NCBI GenBank assembly: GCA_018000455.1
Contig: JAGNJW010000024.1
Location: forward strand, 13,632-77,631
Reading direction: 5' to 3'
Origin: Acidobacteriota bacterium
GTDB lineage: Bacteria > Acidobacteriota > Vicinamibacteria > Vicinamibacterales > UBA2999
Length of the DNA stretch: 64,000 bases
This document shows, in pieces, positions 56,535 to 64,000 of this stretch (its first letter is position 1; every line of letters starts with the position of its first letter). Made by a program: the position numbers and the translations under genes. Below the pieces are notes generated by a model, which was not told the DNA's origin, searched no databases, and was given only the letters and a program-made list of their open reading frames with translations.

Positions 56535-58568
56535 ATGCCGTCACCACCTGTCAGGCTCGCGCTCCTCTGGCACATGCACCAGCCCTACTACCTCGATCCG
56601 GAGACGGGGGAGTCGGTGCTGCCATGGGTGCGGCTCCACGCCCTCAAGGACTACTGGGGGATGGTGGCGCTGGTCGACGAATGCCCCGGCATGCGCGCGA
56701 CCTTCAATCTGGTGCCGTCGCTCGTCGAGCAGGTCGAGGCCTACGCCAGCGAGCGCACCTGGGACCGCCAGCTCGTGCTCGGGCTGCGCGAAGCAGATGC
56801 GGTCGAACGGGCCGACGTCGAGTGGTTCGTTCGCGAGGGCTTCCATGCGCATCTGCCCACGATGGTCGACCCATATCCTCGCTACGCCGAGCTCTGGCGG
56901 CTGCGGGCGGGCGGCCAGCCGTTCGACGTCGCCGCGCTGCGCGACCTTCAGGTCTGGCAGAAGCTGGCCTGGGTCGATCCCGACATCGCTGCCACCGATC
57001 CCCGCGTGCAGCGCCTGCTCGCCAAAGCCCGCGGTTTCGACGAGCACGACAAGGGGGTGCTGCGCGCCGTCGAGCTCGACGTGCTGCGCAAGATCGTGCC
57101 GGCTTACCGCGCGGCCGCCCTGCGAGGACAGGTCGAGCTGTCGTGCTCGCCGTACTTCCACCCGATCCTGCCTTTGCTCTGTGACTCGGCGGCCCATCAC
57201 GACGCGCACCCGGGCGCGCCGCTCCCTGAGCCGCCGTTTGCCTGGCCGGCCGATGCCGACGCGCAACTCGCCCGGGCCCTCCAGGCGCACACAGCGTGGT
57301 TCGGCCAGCCGCCTTGCGGCGTGTGGCCATCGGAAGGCAGCGTCTCGGAGGCGGCGGCGTCGGCGATTGCCCGTGCCGGGTTTCGCTGGATGGCCAGCGA
57401 CCAGGACATCCTGGCGCGCTCGCGGGCGCTCGAGGGGCACGACACGTCGGAGGCGGCGCGATTCGGCGTCCACGAACTGGCCACGCCCGACGGCCCTGTC
57501 CGGGTGCTGTTTCGCGACCGCGAGCTGTCGGATGCAATCGGCTTCCTCTACCAGCGCTGGCCGACCAGCGCCGCCGTCGACGACTTCGTCGACAGGTTGC
57601 GGGCGATGGGCGCCCACCGCGGAGCTGCCGACGGCCGCCAGGCCGTGGTGCCGGTCATCCTCGACGGCGAGAACGCGTGGGAGCACTACGGCGGCGGCGG
57701 GCGGCCATTCCTGCGCGCTCTCTACCGGCGCCTGGCAGACGCCGCCGACATCGAACCGGTCACCATGCTCGAAGCGACCAGCGGGGAAGTCACACCGCTG
57801 TCTCGCCTCTTTGCCGGTTCCTGGATCAATGCCGACTTCGGCATCTGGATCGGCCACGCCGACGACCGCCGAGCCTGGGCGCAACTGGCCCGAGCCCGAG
57901 TGCAGTTCGCGGCGCGCACACCCGAGCTGGCGGTCGAAGCGGCCGCCGAGACCTTCGACGCGCTGCTGGCCGCCGAGGGCAGCGACTGGTTCTGGTGGTA
58001 CGGCGACGACCATTCCTCCGAGCACGACCGCGACTTCGACGCGCTGTTCCGGCGGCACCTGCGCCGCGCCTGGCGCGGGATGGGACTCGAACCGCCCGAG
58101 GAACTCTACCGGACCAACATCACGACGGCCGTGGCCGGCGACGACGTCCTCCGGCTGCGTCCCCTGAGCGGAGCGACGGCCAGCGGAGCGAGCTACTTCG
58201 CGCGCCTGGGGGCAGAACCGCTCGAGCGGACTGCCGGAGCCATGCACCGGGTCGGCTCGGCGGTCGTCACGCACTGCGACATTGCCGCCAACGACCACGG
58301 GCTGATCCTGTGGACCGAAACCGCCGAGGGCGCGCAATCTACGGTTGAGGTGGCGTCGCTCGACGCCGAAGCAACTCAGTTGGTCGTCGAGCTACCGTCG
58401 TTTCGGTCAGAGCTCGCATGGAGCCAAGTGGGCGCCGCACCCGGCGACGTCGTGACGGTCAGGGTCGTGGCGCGAGACGCCTCTGGCCGCATCGTCGAGA
58501 CGGTGCCGGCGGACGGGGTCGCGCGCCGGGTCGAGCTGCCGCCTGCGGCCGGCGCCTGGACGGCCTGA
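56535..58568 (+). CDS. Glycoside hydrolase family 57 protein (alpha-glucan-active; amylase/branching/glucanotransferase type)
   Basis: Diagnostic GH57 N-terminus LALLWHMHQPYY...LPWVRLHALKDYWGM. Later blocks include WPSEGSVS and ILDGENAWEHY. Confidence 0.85.
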   Translation: MPSPPVRLALLWHMHQPYYLDPETGESVLPWVRLHALKDYWGMVALVDECPGMRATFNLVPSLVEQVEAYASERTWDRQLVLGLREADAVERADVEWFVREGFHAHLPTMVDPYPRYAELWRLRAGGQPFDVAALRDLQVWQKLAWVDPDIAATDPRVQRLLAKARGFDEHDKGVLRAVELDVLRKIVPAYRAAALRGQVELSCSPYFHPILPLLCDSAAHHDAHPGAPLPEPPFAWPADADAQLARALQAHTAWFGQPPCGVWPSEGSVSEAAASAIARAGFRWMASDQDILARSRALEGHDTSEAARFGVHELATPDGPVRVLFRDRELSDAIGFLYQRWPTSAAVDDFVDRLRAMGAHRGAADGRQAVVPVILDGENAWEHYGGGGRPFLRALYRRLADAADIEPVTMLEATSGEVTPLSRLFAGSWINADFGIWIGHADDRRAWAQLARARVQFAARTPELAVEAAAETFDALLAAEGSDWFWWYGDDHSSEHDRDFDALFRRHLRRAWRGMGLEPPEELYRTNITTAVAGDDVLRLRPLSGATASGASYFARLGAEPLERTAGAMHRVGSAVVTHCDIAANDHGLILWTETAEGAQSTVEVASLDAEATQLVVELPSFRSELAWSQVGAAPGDVVTVRVVARDASGRIVETVPADGVARRVELPPAAGAWTA

Positions 58569-58974
58569 TCGGGCCGGGCGCTGGGGCGGGTCGCCGGACG
58601 CCCAGGTCGGCGTCGACTCAAGCGCCCACGGCCCGGACCGACGGCCTCAGCCGGCGCCAGCAGGGCAACCACCCACAAACCATCAACAGGGCTGTTTAGC
58701 ACGGTAAATCATCAACGTCTGATAATATATCTTATGTAAACTAAATACCGAATGAACGGGGGAAGGGCCTTGCTATCGAGGTTGACGGCGCGCGGCCTCC
58801 TCCATTGATGGACGCCAATGGCCTGCCGGCGGAGCCCGATCACGGACGCCGTGAGGTCGCCGCGAATGGTGCCTCAGGCTTGCGACGGCGAGCCCCGGCC
58901 GCGGCTACGAAGCCGCATCGCGGGCTGCTCGACGGCGCCCCCAAGGCGGAACGGACGCTGGTCGACGCTGTGGG

Positions 58975-59802
58975 CTACTGCTGCTGGCGGAGATCGTCGA
59001 GGATGGCTTCCAGGGCGCTGATGACCTCGTCCTTCGACGCGTTCTTCTTGCTGAACGTCAGGCGGAGGTTGAACGCCTTGGTTGGCGGACGGAAGCTGAA
59101 CACGAACGCCTTCGGACGGCCGGGGCCAGCCTTCGGCTTGTCCTGTTCCTTGCGCAGTTGCTCCCGGGTCACGCCCTGGGTGGCGATCTTCTCGACCAGC
59201 GCCAGCATCTTCTGCAAGTCGCCCTGGCGAGCCACCTGCAGCAGGATCGACTTGCTGGCGATGTCTGCCAGCCGACAGACTTTGCGAACTTCAGTCGGGA
59301 TCGTCGTGAGGGACAGCGACTCAGTGATGGACGTCCGCGACTTCCCCAGCCGCTTCGCCAGATCCTCGTGGGTATAGCCGCACTTCGAGCTCAGGCTCTG
59401 CAGCGCCTCGGCTTCTTCGAACGCCGTCAGGTCTTTGCGCTGGATGTTCTCGACCAGCGCCAGCTCGAGCATCTCGGTATCGTCGACATCCCGGACGACG
59501 ACCGGAAGCTCGACGATTCCGGCTCGGATGGCAGCCTGATAACGTCGCTCACCGGCGATGATCTGGTAGCGATCGCCGCGCTGCCGGACGATCAGGGGCT
59601 CGATAATCCCCTTCTCGGTCAGCGATGACACGAGGTCCGAGAGGTCGCCCATCGCCTGGCGCGGCTGGTCGGGGTTCGGATCGACTTTGTCGATCGCCAC
59701 GAGACGGCCGATTGGTGGCGCCGCCGAGGCGGCGAGCGTATCGACGTAGTGCGCGTCGTGGCGCATCTGGAGGGCTACGGGAAGGCCGCGTGGTTTAGGC
59801 AC
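58975..59802 (-). CDS. parB: Chromosome partitioning protein ParB (Spo0J)
   Basis: ParB box IIEPLIVRQRGDRYQIIAGERRYQAA, an HTH (HEDLAKRLGKSRTSITESL) and a C-terminal dimerisation region. Confidence 0.93.
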   Translation of the reverse strand: MPKPRGLPVALQMRHDAHYVDTLAASAAPPIGRLVAIDKVDPNPDQPRQAMGDLSDLVSSLTEKGIIEPLIVRQRGDRYQIIAGERRYQAAIRAGIVELPVVVRDVDDTEMLELALVENIQRKDLTAFEEAEALQSLSSKCGYTHEDLAKRLGKSRTSITESLSLTTIPTEVRKVCRLADIASKSILLQVARQGDLQKMLALVEKIATQGVTREQLRKEQDKPKAGPGRPKAFVFSFRPPTKAFNLRLTFSKKNASKDEVISALEAILDDLRQQQ

Positions 59803-60547
59803 GTTCGATCACCTCTTCGCACAGGCTGTAGTACTCGCCCGCTCCCGACGACTCGGGGGCGAACGTGAAAATCGACTCACGATACGCGGGACTCTCTTCG
59901 AGACGCACGCTCTTGCTGATGACGGTCTTGAAAACCTTGTCCCCGAACACCTTGCGGATCTGCGCAAGGATGTCCCGGCCGAGGGCTGTCCTCTTGTCGT
60001 GCATCGTGATCACGACGCCGAGGATCTTGAGCCCTGGGTTGGGCCGCTGGCGTACTTTCTCGATGGTCTCGAGCAGGTCGTCGGTGCCCTCGAGGGCGAA
60101 GTACGACGACTGAATGGGGATGAGCAAGTGGGTCGCGGCCACCAGGGCATTGACCGTCAGCAGGCCGAGTGCCGGCGGACAGTCGATGACGACGTGGGTG
60201 AACGCGGTGAGGCGCGCGAGGTGGTCCTTCAGGCGGAACGGTGCGTCGAGCTCACCGACGAGCCGGGATTCAAGCTTGGCAAGCGAGATGCGGGCAGGAG
60301 CCACCGAGAGGTTGGCGACGGCCGTCGGCTTGATGACCTCGAGCATGTCCAGGGCCGGGTCGACGAAGACATCGTACATGCCCCTTTCAACCAGCCTGAG
60401 GTCGAGGTACGACATGCTGCTGTTGGCCTGCGGGTCGAGGTCGATGAGCAGCGTCGACTTGCCGCGAAGCGCGAGCGCCGCCGCCAGGTTGAGCGCGGTC
60501 GTCGTTTTTCCGACGCCGCCTTTCTGATTCGCGATGGCGAGGATCAT
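59795..60547 (-). CDS. parA: Chromosome partitioning ATPase ParA (Soj)
   Basis: Deviant Walker A NQKGGVGKTTT, LLIDLDPQANS and VIDCPP. Length is 250 aa. Overlaps the parB start by 8 nt. Confidence 0.93.
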   Translation of the reverse strand: MILAIANQKGGVGKTTTALNLAAALALRGKSTLLIDLDPQANSSMSYLDLRLVERGMYDVFVDPALDMLEVIKPTAVANLSVAPARISLAKLESRLVGELDAPFRLKDHLARLTAFTHVVIDCPPALGLLTVNALVAATHLLIPIQSSYFALEGTDDLLETIEKVRQRPNPGLKILGVVITMHDKRTALGRDILAQIRKVFGDKVFKTVISKSVRLEESPAYRESIFTFAPESSGAGEYYSLCEEVIERA

Positions 60548-60717
60548 TGATGACGGGTTGAGCTGCGGCTGTGTTGGAAGTAGCGACCACCCGGGGGGAC
60601 CGAGTGCTGGCCATTCTAGGAGTCCCTGTGCAACCGCGTCAAGGCTCGACCGCGCCGAATTGTGTGTCGGCGGGTAATTGCAGGTCCTAAGTGGTTCTGC
60701 GTGTGGAAGTTAGGGAA

Positions 60718-60737
60718 ATTGTCGGCCGGCCGACAAT
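60718..60737. terminator. Perfect 20-bp palindrome ATTGTCGGCCGGCCGACAAT: probable terminator of the miaB-nuclease operon, or an operator upstream of parA
   Basis: Read directly. It lies 35 nt downstream of the stop at 60772 (minus strand) and about 170 nt upstream of the parA start. Only a short T-run (TT) follows it on the minus strand. Confidence 0.4.
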
Positions 60738-60771
60738 CGCGTCGATGTTCGGCACCGGAGAGGCGCCACCA

Positions 60772-61245
60772 CTACATCTTGTATTTGCCGAGGTCGTCTG
60801 GGTCGAGACTCTCGAGCCACTGGTGGAGGCGCTCGCCGTCGACCTTGGCCGTCGTCGCGTCGATGGTCTTGGCGTTGTCGATCACCGACTCCTCCACCCA
60901 GATCGGCGACCGCGTCCTGAGCGCCAGGGCAATGGCATCGCTCGGTCGAGCGTCCACGGCCACCTTGCCGGCAGGCGTGTCGAGGTGGATGTGCGCGAAG
61001 AAGGTGTTGTCTTTGACACTCGACACCACCACCCGATCGACGGTTGCCTGCAGGTCGTGAATCACGTTGCGCAGGAGGTCGTGGGTCATGGGGCGCGGCG
61101 TGTGAACGTTCTCGATCTGGAGCGCGATGGCGTTGGCTTCGAAGACGCCGACCCAGATCGGGAGAATCCGCCGGTCCTGGTCGTCGTGGAGGATGACGAT
61201 GGGCATGTTCGTCACGGGGTCGACCGTGAGACCCTTGATCGTCAT
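60772..61245 (-). CDS. Bifunctional nuclease family protein (DUF151/BFN domain)
   Basis: MTIKGLTVDPVTNMPIVILHDDQDRRILPIWVGVFEANAIALQIENVHTPRPMTHDLL...ARPSDAIALALR is the canonical BFN pattern. The start is ATG 61245 or GTG 61257. Confidence 0.85.
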   Translation of the reverse strand: MTIKGLTVDPVTNMPIVILHDDQDRRILPIWVGVFEANAIALQIENVHTPRPMTHDLLRNVIHDLQATVDRVVVSSVKDNTFFAHIHLDTPAGKVAVDARPSDAIALALRTRSPIWVEESVIDNAKTIDATTAKVDGERLHQWLESLDPDDLGKYKM

Positions 61246-61250
61246 CTCGA

Positions 61251-62609
61251 TCAGCACGTCGTTACCTCTGTCTTTCTGACGGTGGCGGCCGAGGGGCGAC
61301 CCCAGACACCGTAGGCCCCCGCGCGCTCGATAATCACGGGCACGACCGTGCCGAGCCACGACTCGTCGCCGGGGAAGTTGACCACAGTATTGCCCGACGT
61401 GCGCCCGGCCAGCTCCCACGCTCGGCGCCTGCTGGTCGTGTCGACGAGCACATTGACGGTCTTGCCGACCGAGGCCTCGTGCAACTCGGCCTGGATGCCC
61501 TTCTGGAGCGCCTGCAAGGCCACGATGCGCCGCGTCTTCTCCACTTCCGGAACGTCATCTGCCATCCGCTGAGCCGCCAGCGTATTGGGGCGAGGTGAGT
61601 ACTTGAACGAGAACATGCTGTGAAACCGGACGTCCGCGGTGAGCGACAACGTCTCGGCGAAGTCGTCGTCGGTCTCCCCGGGGAACCCAACGATCATATC
61701 GGTCGACAGTTGGAGGTCCGGCAGGGTCAGCCTGAGCTTTTCGATGAGCGTCAGGTACTCGGCGCGGGTGTGCCGGCGGCGCATCGCCTTGAGCACGCGT
61801 GTCGAACCTGACTGCACCGGCAGGTGCAGGTGGCGGCAAACCTTGGAGAGGTCGCGCATCGCCGCAATCAGGCGATCGGAGCAGTGTCGCGGGTGTGGGC
61901 TGGCGAAGCGGATGCGCTCGATTCCGCGTACCTCCTGCACGGCCTCGAGCAATCCGGCGAAATCGCATCCGGCGTCGTCCGGCGCCTGGTAGTGATTCAC
62001 GATCTGCCCGAGCAGCTGCACTTCCCGCCGGCCAGAGCCCGCGAGCTCCTCCACTTCACGCAGGATCTCTGCCTTGGCGCGCATCCGCTCGTGGCCGCGC
62101 GTGTACGGCACCACGCAATACGAGCAGTAGTCGTTGCAGCCTTCGACGATCGTCACGAAGCCCTTCACGGGGTCGTCCCGGCGGGTGAGACCGAGGGGGA
62201 AGGTCGGTTCGTCATAGGGCGTTGAGATGTCGACGAGCGGGGCTGGCGCGCCCTCGGCCTGCGCGACCAGCAGCGGCAGCAGCTTCACGCGCTGGGTGCC
62301 GATGACGATGTCGACCAGCTTCGACTTCGCCAGCACCTCCGCGCCCTCCTGCTGCGCGACGCAGCCAGTCACGGCCACCATCGGAGCGCGGCCGCTACGC
62401 GTGGCGAGGCCCTTGATGTCGCCCAGTCTGGAGTAGAGCTTCTCCTCGGCGCGTTCCCGGACCGAGCAGGTATTGATGACCACCAGGTCGGCGTCGTCGT
62501 CGGTGTCGGTCGCCTCGAATCCGGCCTGTTCCAGTAGACCGGCCATGCGTTCGGAGTCGTGGACGTTCATCTGGCAGCCGTATGTTTCGATTAAGTATTT
62601 CCTGGCCAT
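61251..62609 (-). CDS. miaB: tRNA-i6A37 methylthiotransferase MiaB
   Basis: N-terminal UPF0004 cluster (TYGCQMNVHDSE), radical-SAM CxxxCxxC (CNDYCSYCVVP) and a C-terminal TRAM domain. Confidence 0.93.
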   Translation of the reverse strand: MARKYLIETYGCQMNVHDSERMAGLLEQAGFEATDTDDDADLVVINTCSVRERAEEKLYSRLGDIKGLATRSGRAPMVAVTGCVAQQEGAEVLAKSKLVDIVIGTQRVKLLPLLVAQAEGAPAPLVDISTPYDEPTFPLGLTRRDDPVKGFVTIVEGCNDYCSYCVVPYTRGHERMRAKAEILREVEELAGSGRREVQLLGQIVNHYQAPDDAGCDFAGLLEAVQEVRGIERIRFASPHPRHCSDRLIAAMRDLSKVCRHLHLPVQSGSTRVLKAMRRRHTRAEYLTLIEKLRLTLPDLQLSTDMIVGFPGETDDDFAETLSLTADVRFHSMFSFKYSPRPNTLAAQRMADDVPEVEKTRRIVALQALQKGIQAELHEASVGKTVNVLVDTTSRRRAWELAGRTSGNTVVNFPGDESWLGTVVPVIIERAGAYGVWGRPSAATVRKTEVTTC

Positions 62610-64000
62610 TTACGGGCGCACCTTCGCTTTCGCCCGTCGGCTACTTTCGCCTTTCGCTTTCGCCTCCGGGGTTACTTTCGCTTTCGCCTGGAGCAGGGTG
62701 CGGGCCGCCATGAGGACGTCGCTCGAGAGCGCGCTCTCCCCCGCCATCATGCGGGCGATTTCCAGCTCGCGCCCGCGATCGTCGAGGCGGGTGACGGCGG
62801 TCACGGTGCGCGGCCCCTTGGCCGTCTTGTCGATGGCGTAGTGGGTGGCCGCCAGCGCCGCGATCTGCGGCAGATGGGTGATGCAGAGCACCTGGCTGCG
62901 GTCGCCAAGCGACCGCAGCTTCTCGCCGACGACCGAGGCCGCCCGGCCGCCGATGCCGGCATCGACCTCATCGAAGATGAGTGTGCGAGTGGGGTGTTCG
63001 CCCGCCGCCAGGGTCTTGAAGGCGAGCATGATGCGAGAGAGTTCGCCGCCTGAGGCGATCCGCGCCAGCGGGCGCGGATCCTCGCCGGGGTTTGCGGCCA
63101 GGAAGAACTCCGCCGTGTCGATGCCGCCGGCATGCCAGCCTTGCGGCGAGTCGGTCGTCGAAAGCCGTACCTCGAAGCGGGTTCGCGCCATCCCCAGTTC
63201 TGCCAGGCCGGCCTCGACCGCAGCACCCAGCGCCTGGGCGGCCACGTGGCGCGCCTTCGACAGCGTTCCGGCCACGGCGGCGAACGCGGTGCGGGCGGCG
63301 TCGAGTGCGGCGCGCGCGGCGTCTTTGTGTTGAGGGCCTTCGGTCAGGGCGTCGAGTTCGCGTTCCAGGGCCACCGTTCGGTCAATTACCTCGGCGAGCG
63401 TTGGACCGTGCTTCCGCTTGAGGCGCTCGAGCAAGGCGAGCCGGTCTTCGATTTCCTGGAGTCGGCCCGGCGAGGCCTCGAGCCGCTCGCCGTAGTCGCG
63501 AAGCGTCAAGGCCAGGTCGTCGAGCTGGGCCTTGATGGCGTCGCGGGCGGCGGCGTGGGGCGCAAAGGTGTCGTCGATGGCGGAAAGCTCGCTGATCCGC
63601 TTCCAGACCTGGGCCAGGGTGCCGAGGGCCGCCGTCTCATGGTCGTAGAGCAGGCTGTAGGCTTCGGCACACAGAGCCTGCAGGCGGCCGGCATGACGCA
63701 ACACGTCGCGTGTGCGCTCGAGCGCCTCGTCCTCCCCTTCCGTGATGGCCGCCTTGCGAAGCTCGGCGAGGTGGAACTCCACCAGCTCGAGCCGACTGGC
63801 CCGCTCGCCCGCATCGAGCTCGGCGCGCGCCAGCGACTGCGCCGCTTCGCTGACTCCGATCCAGGCAGCGGCAACGGCGCTGGCCTGCGCTCCGAGGTGC
63901 GCCCAGGTGTCGAGCATTGGCAGGTGCGTGGCCGGGTCCAGCAGCGCCTGATGCTCGTGCTGACCGTGAAGTTCGACCAGTTCGCTCACGAGGGCGCGCA
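62610..64000 (-). CDS. recN: DNA repair protein RecN, C-terminal part (5' end outside window)
   Basis: Coiled-coil region, then the SMC signature GGELSRIMLAF, Walker B LIFDEVDAGIGG and the D-loop CITHLPQIAA. The frame is open to the window edge. It ends in an unusual Ala/Lys-rich tail. Confidence 0.9.
   Translation of the reverse strand, partial: RALVSELVELHGQHEHQALLDPATHLPMLDTWAHLGAQASAVAAAWIGVSEAAQSLARAELDAGERASRLELVEFHLAELRKAAITEGEDEALERTRDVLRHAGRLQALCAEAYSLLYDHETAALGTLAQVWKRISELSAIDDTFAPHAAARDAIKAQLDDLALTLRDYGERLEASPGRLQEIEDRLALLERLKRKHGPTLAEVIDRTVALERELDALTEGPQHKDAARAALDAARTAFAAVAGTLSKARHVAAQALGAAVEAGLAELGMARTRFEVRLSTTDSPQGWHAGGIDTAEFFLAANPGEDPRPLARIASGGELSRIMLAFKTLAAGEHPTRTLIFDEVDAGIGGRAASVVGEKLRSLGDRSQVLCITHLPQIAALAATHYAIDKTAKGPRTVTAVTRLDDRGRELEIARMMAGESALSSDVLMAARTLLQAKAKVTPEAKAKGESSRRAKAKVRP

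Noticed and set aside
55867-58337. 766-aa plus-strand ORF 55867..58167 and 598-aa minus-strand ORF 56541..58337 overlapping lptFG and the GH57 gene
   Set aside because: They are out of frame with or antisense to genes that carry diagnostic motifs (HMHQPYY; LptF/G TM pattern). Their composition is Arg/Pro/Ser-rich.
58569-60771. parS sites and DnaA boxes around parAB (possible oriC)
   Set aside because: No match to TGTTTCACGTGAAACA or TTATCCACA was seen by eye on either strand, and dnaA, dnaN and gidAB are not in the window. An origin call is therefore not supported from this sequence alone.

Overview
Very GC-rich window (about two-thirds to 70% G+C by eye) from a diderm bacterium, shown by LptF/G, a secretin, HtrA and SecA. 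The gene content would fit Acidobacteriota or Gemmatimonadota, but I cannot verify the taxon. All calls come from reading the supplied translations and DNA for family motifs; no searches were run. About 52 protein genes and one RNA gene (RNase P RNA, type A) are supported, and I saw no tRNA, rRNA, CRISPR array or obvious mobile element.

Housekeeping genes make up most of the window:
- metG (3' part), tatD-like, polyprenyl synthase, ligA, htrA-like protease, an NtrC-type regulator and rnpB.
- gcvT-gcvH-gcvP, nnr, tsaE, guaB, secA, an M23 peptidase, comM/yifB and an MltD-like transglycosylase.
- xerD, a fused lptF-lptG, a GH57 enzyme, parA-parB, a DUF151 nuclease, miaB and recN (3' part).

Regions worth a second look:
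1. A roughly 12 kb type II secretion / type IV pilus hybrid operon (34.2-46.4 kb). It runs lipoprotein-GspF-GspE-PilM-PilN-PilO-PilP-like-secretin-2x GspG. The secretin carries an N-terminal TPR region and a C-terminal Pro-rich linker plus a cohesin-like domain. A Big/PKD lipoprotein lies on the opposite strand inside the cluster. The last gene is a GspK-like pseudopilin with an (NPFGQPG)n tail.
2. Directly adjacent, a two-gene bacterial-microcompartment locus: a BMC-H shell protein plus a CoA-acylating aldehyde dehydrogenase. The dehydrogenase has a roughly 120 aa tail containing a candidate encapsulation peptide.
3. A ComEA / GspH-like pseudopilin / hidden PilZ / sigma-54-type activator group, in which the activator's GAFTGA loop is degenerate.
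4. A pair of exported proteins: a PI4K-type-II-like kinase-fold protein and a metallophosphoesterase.
5. A PTS-independent MurNAc/GlcNAc salvage cluster.
6. Several non-coding oddities: inverted arrays of GGGAACR heptamers, an SD-sequestering hairpin, a roughly 33% GC island and a 20-bp perfect palindrome.

Many long ORFs in the six-frame track are antisense artefacts of the GC content and were rejected.
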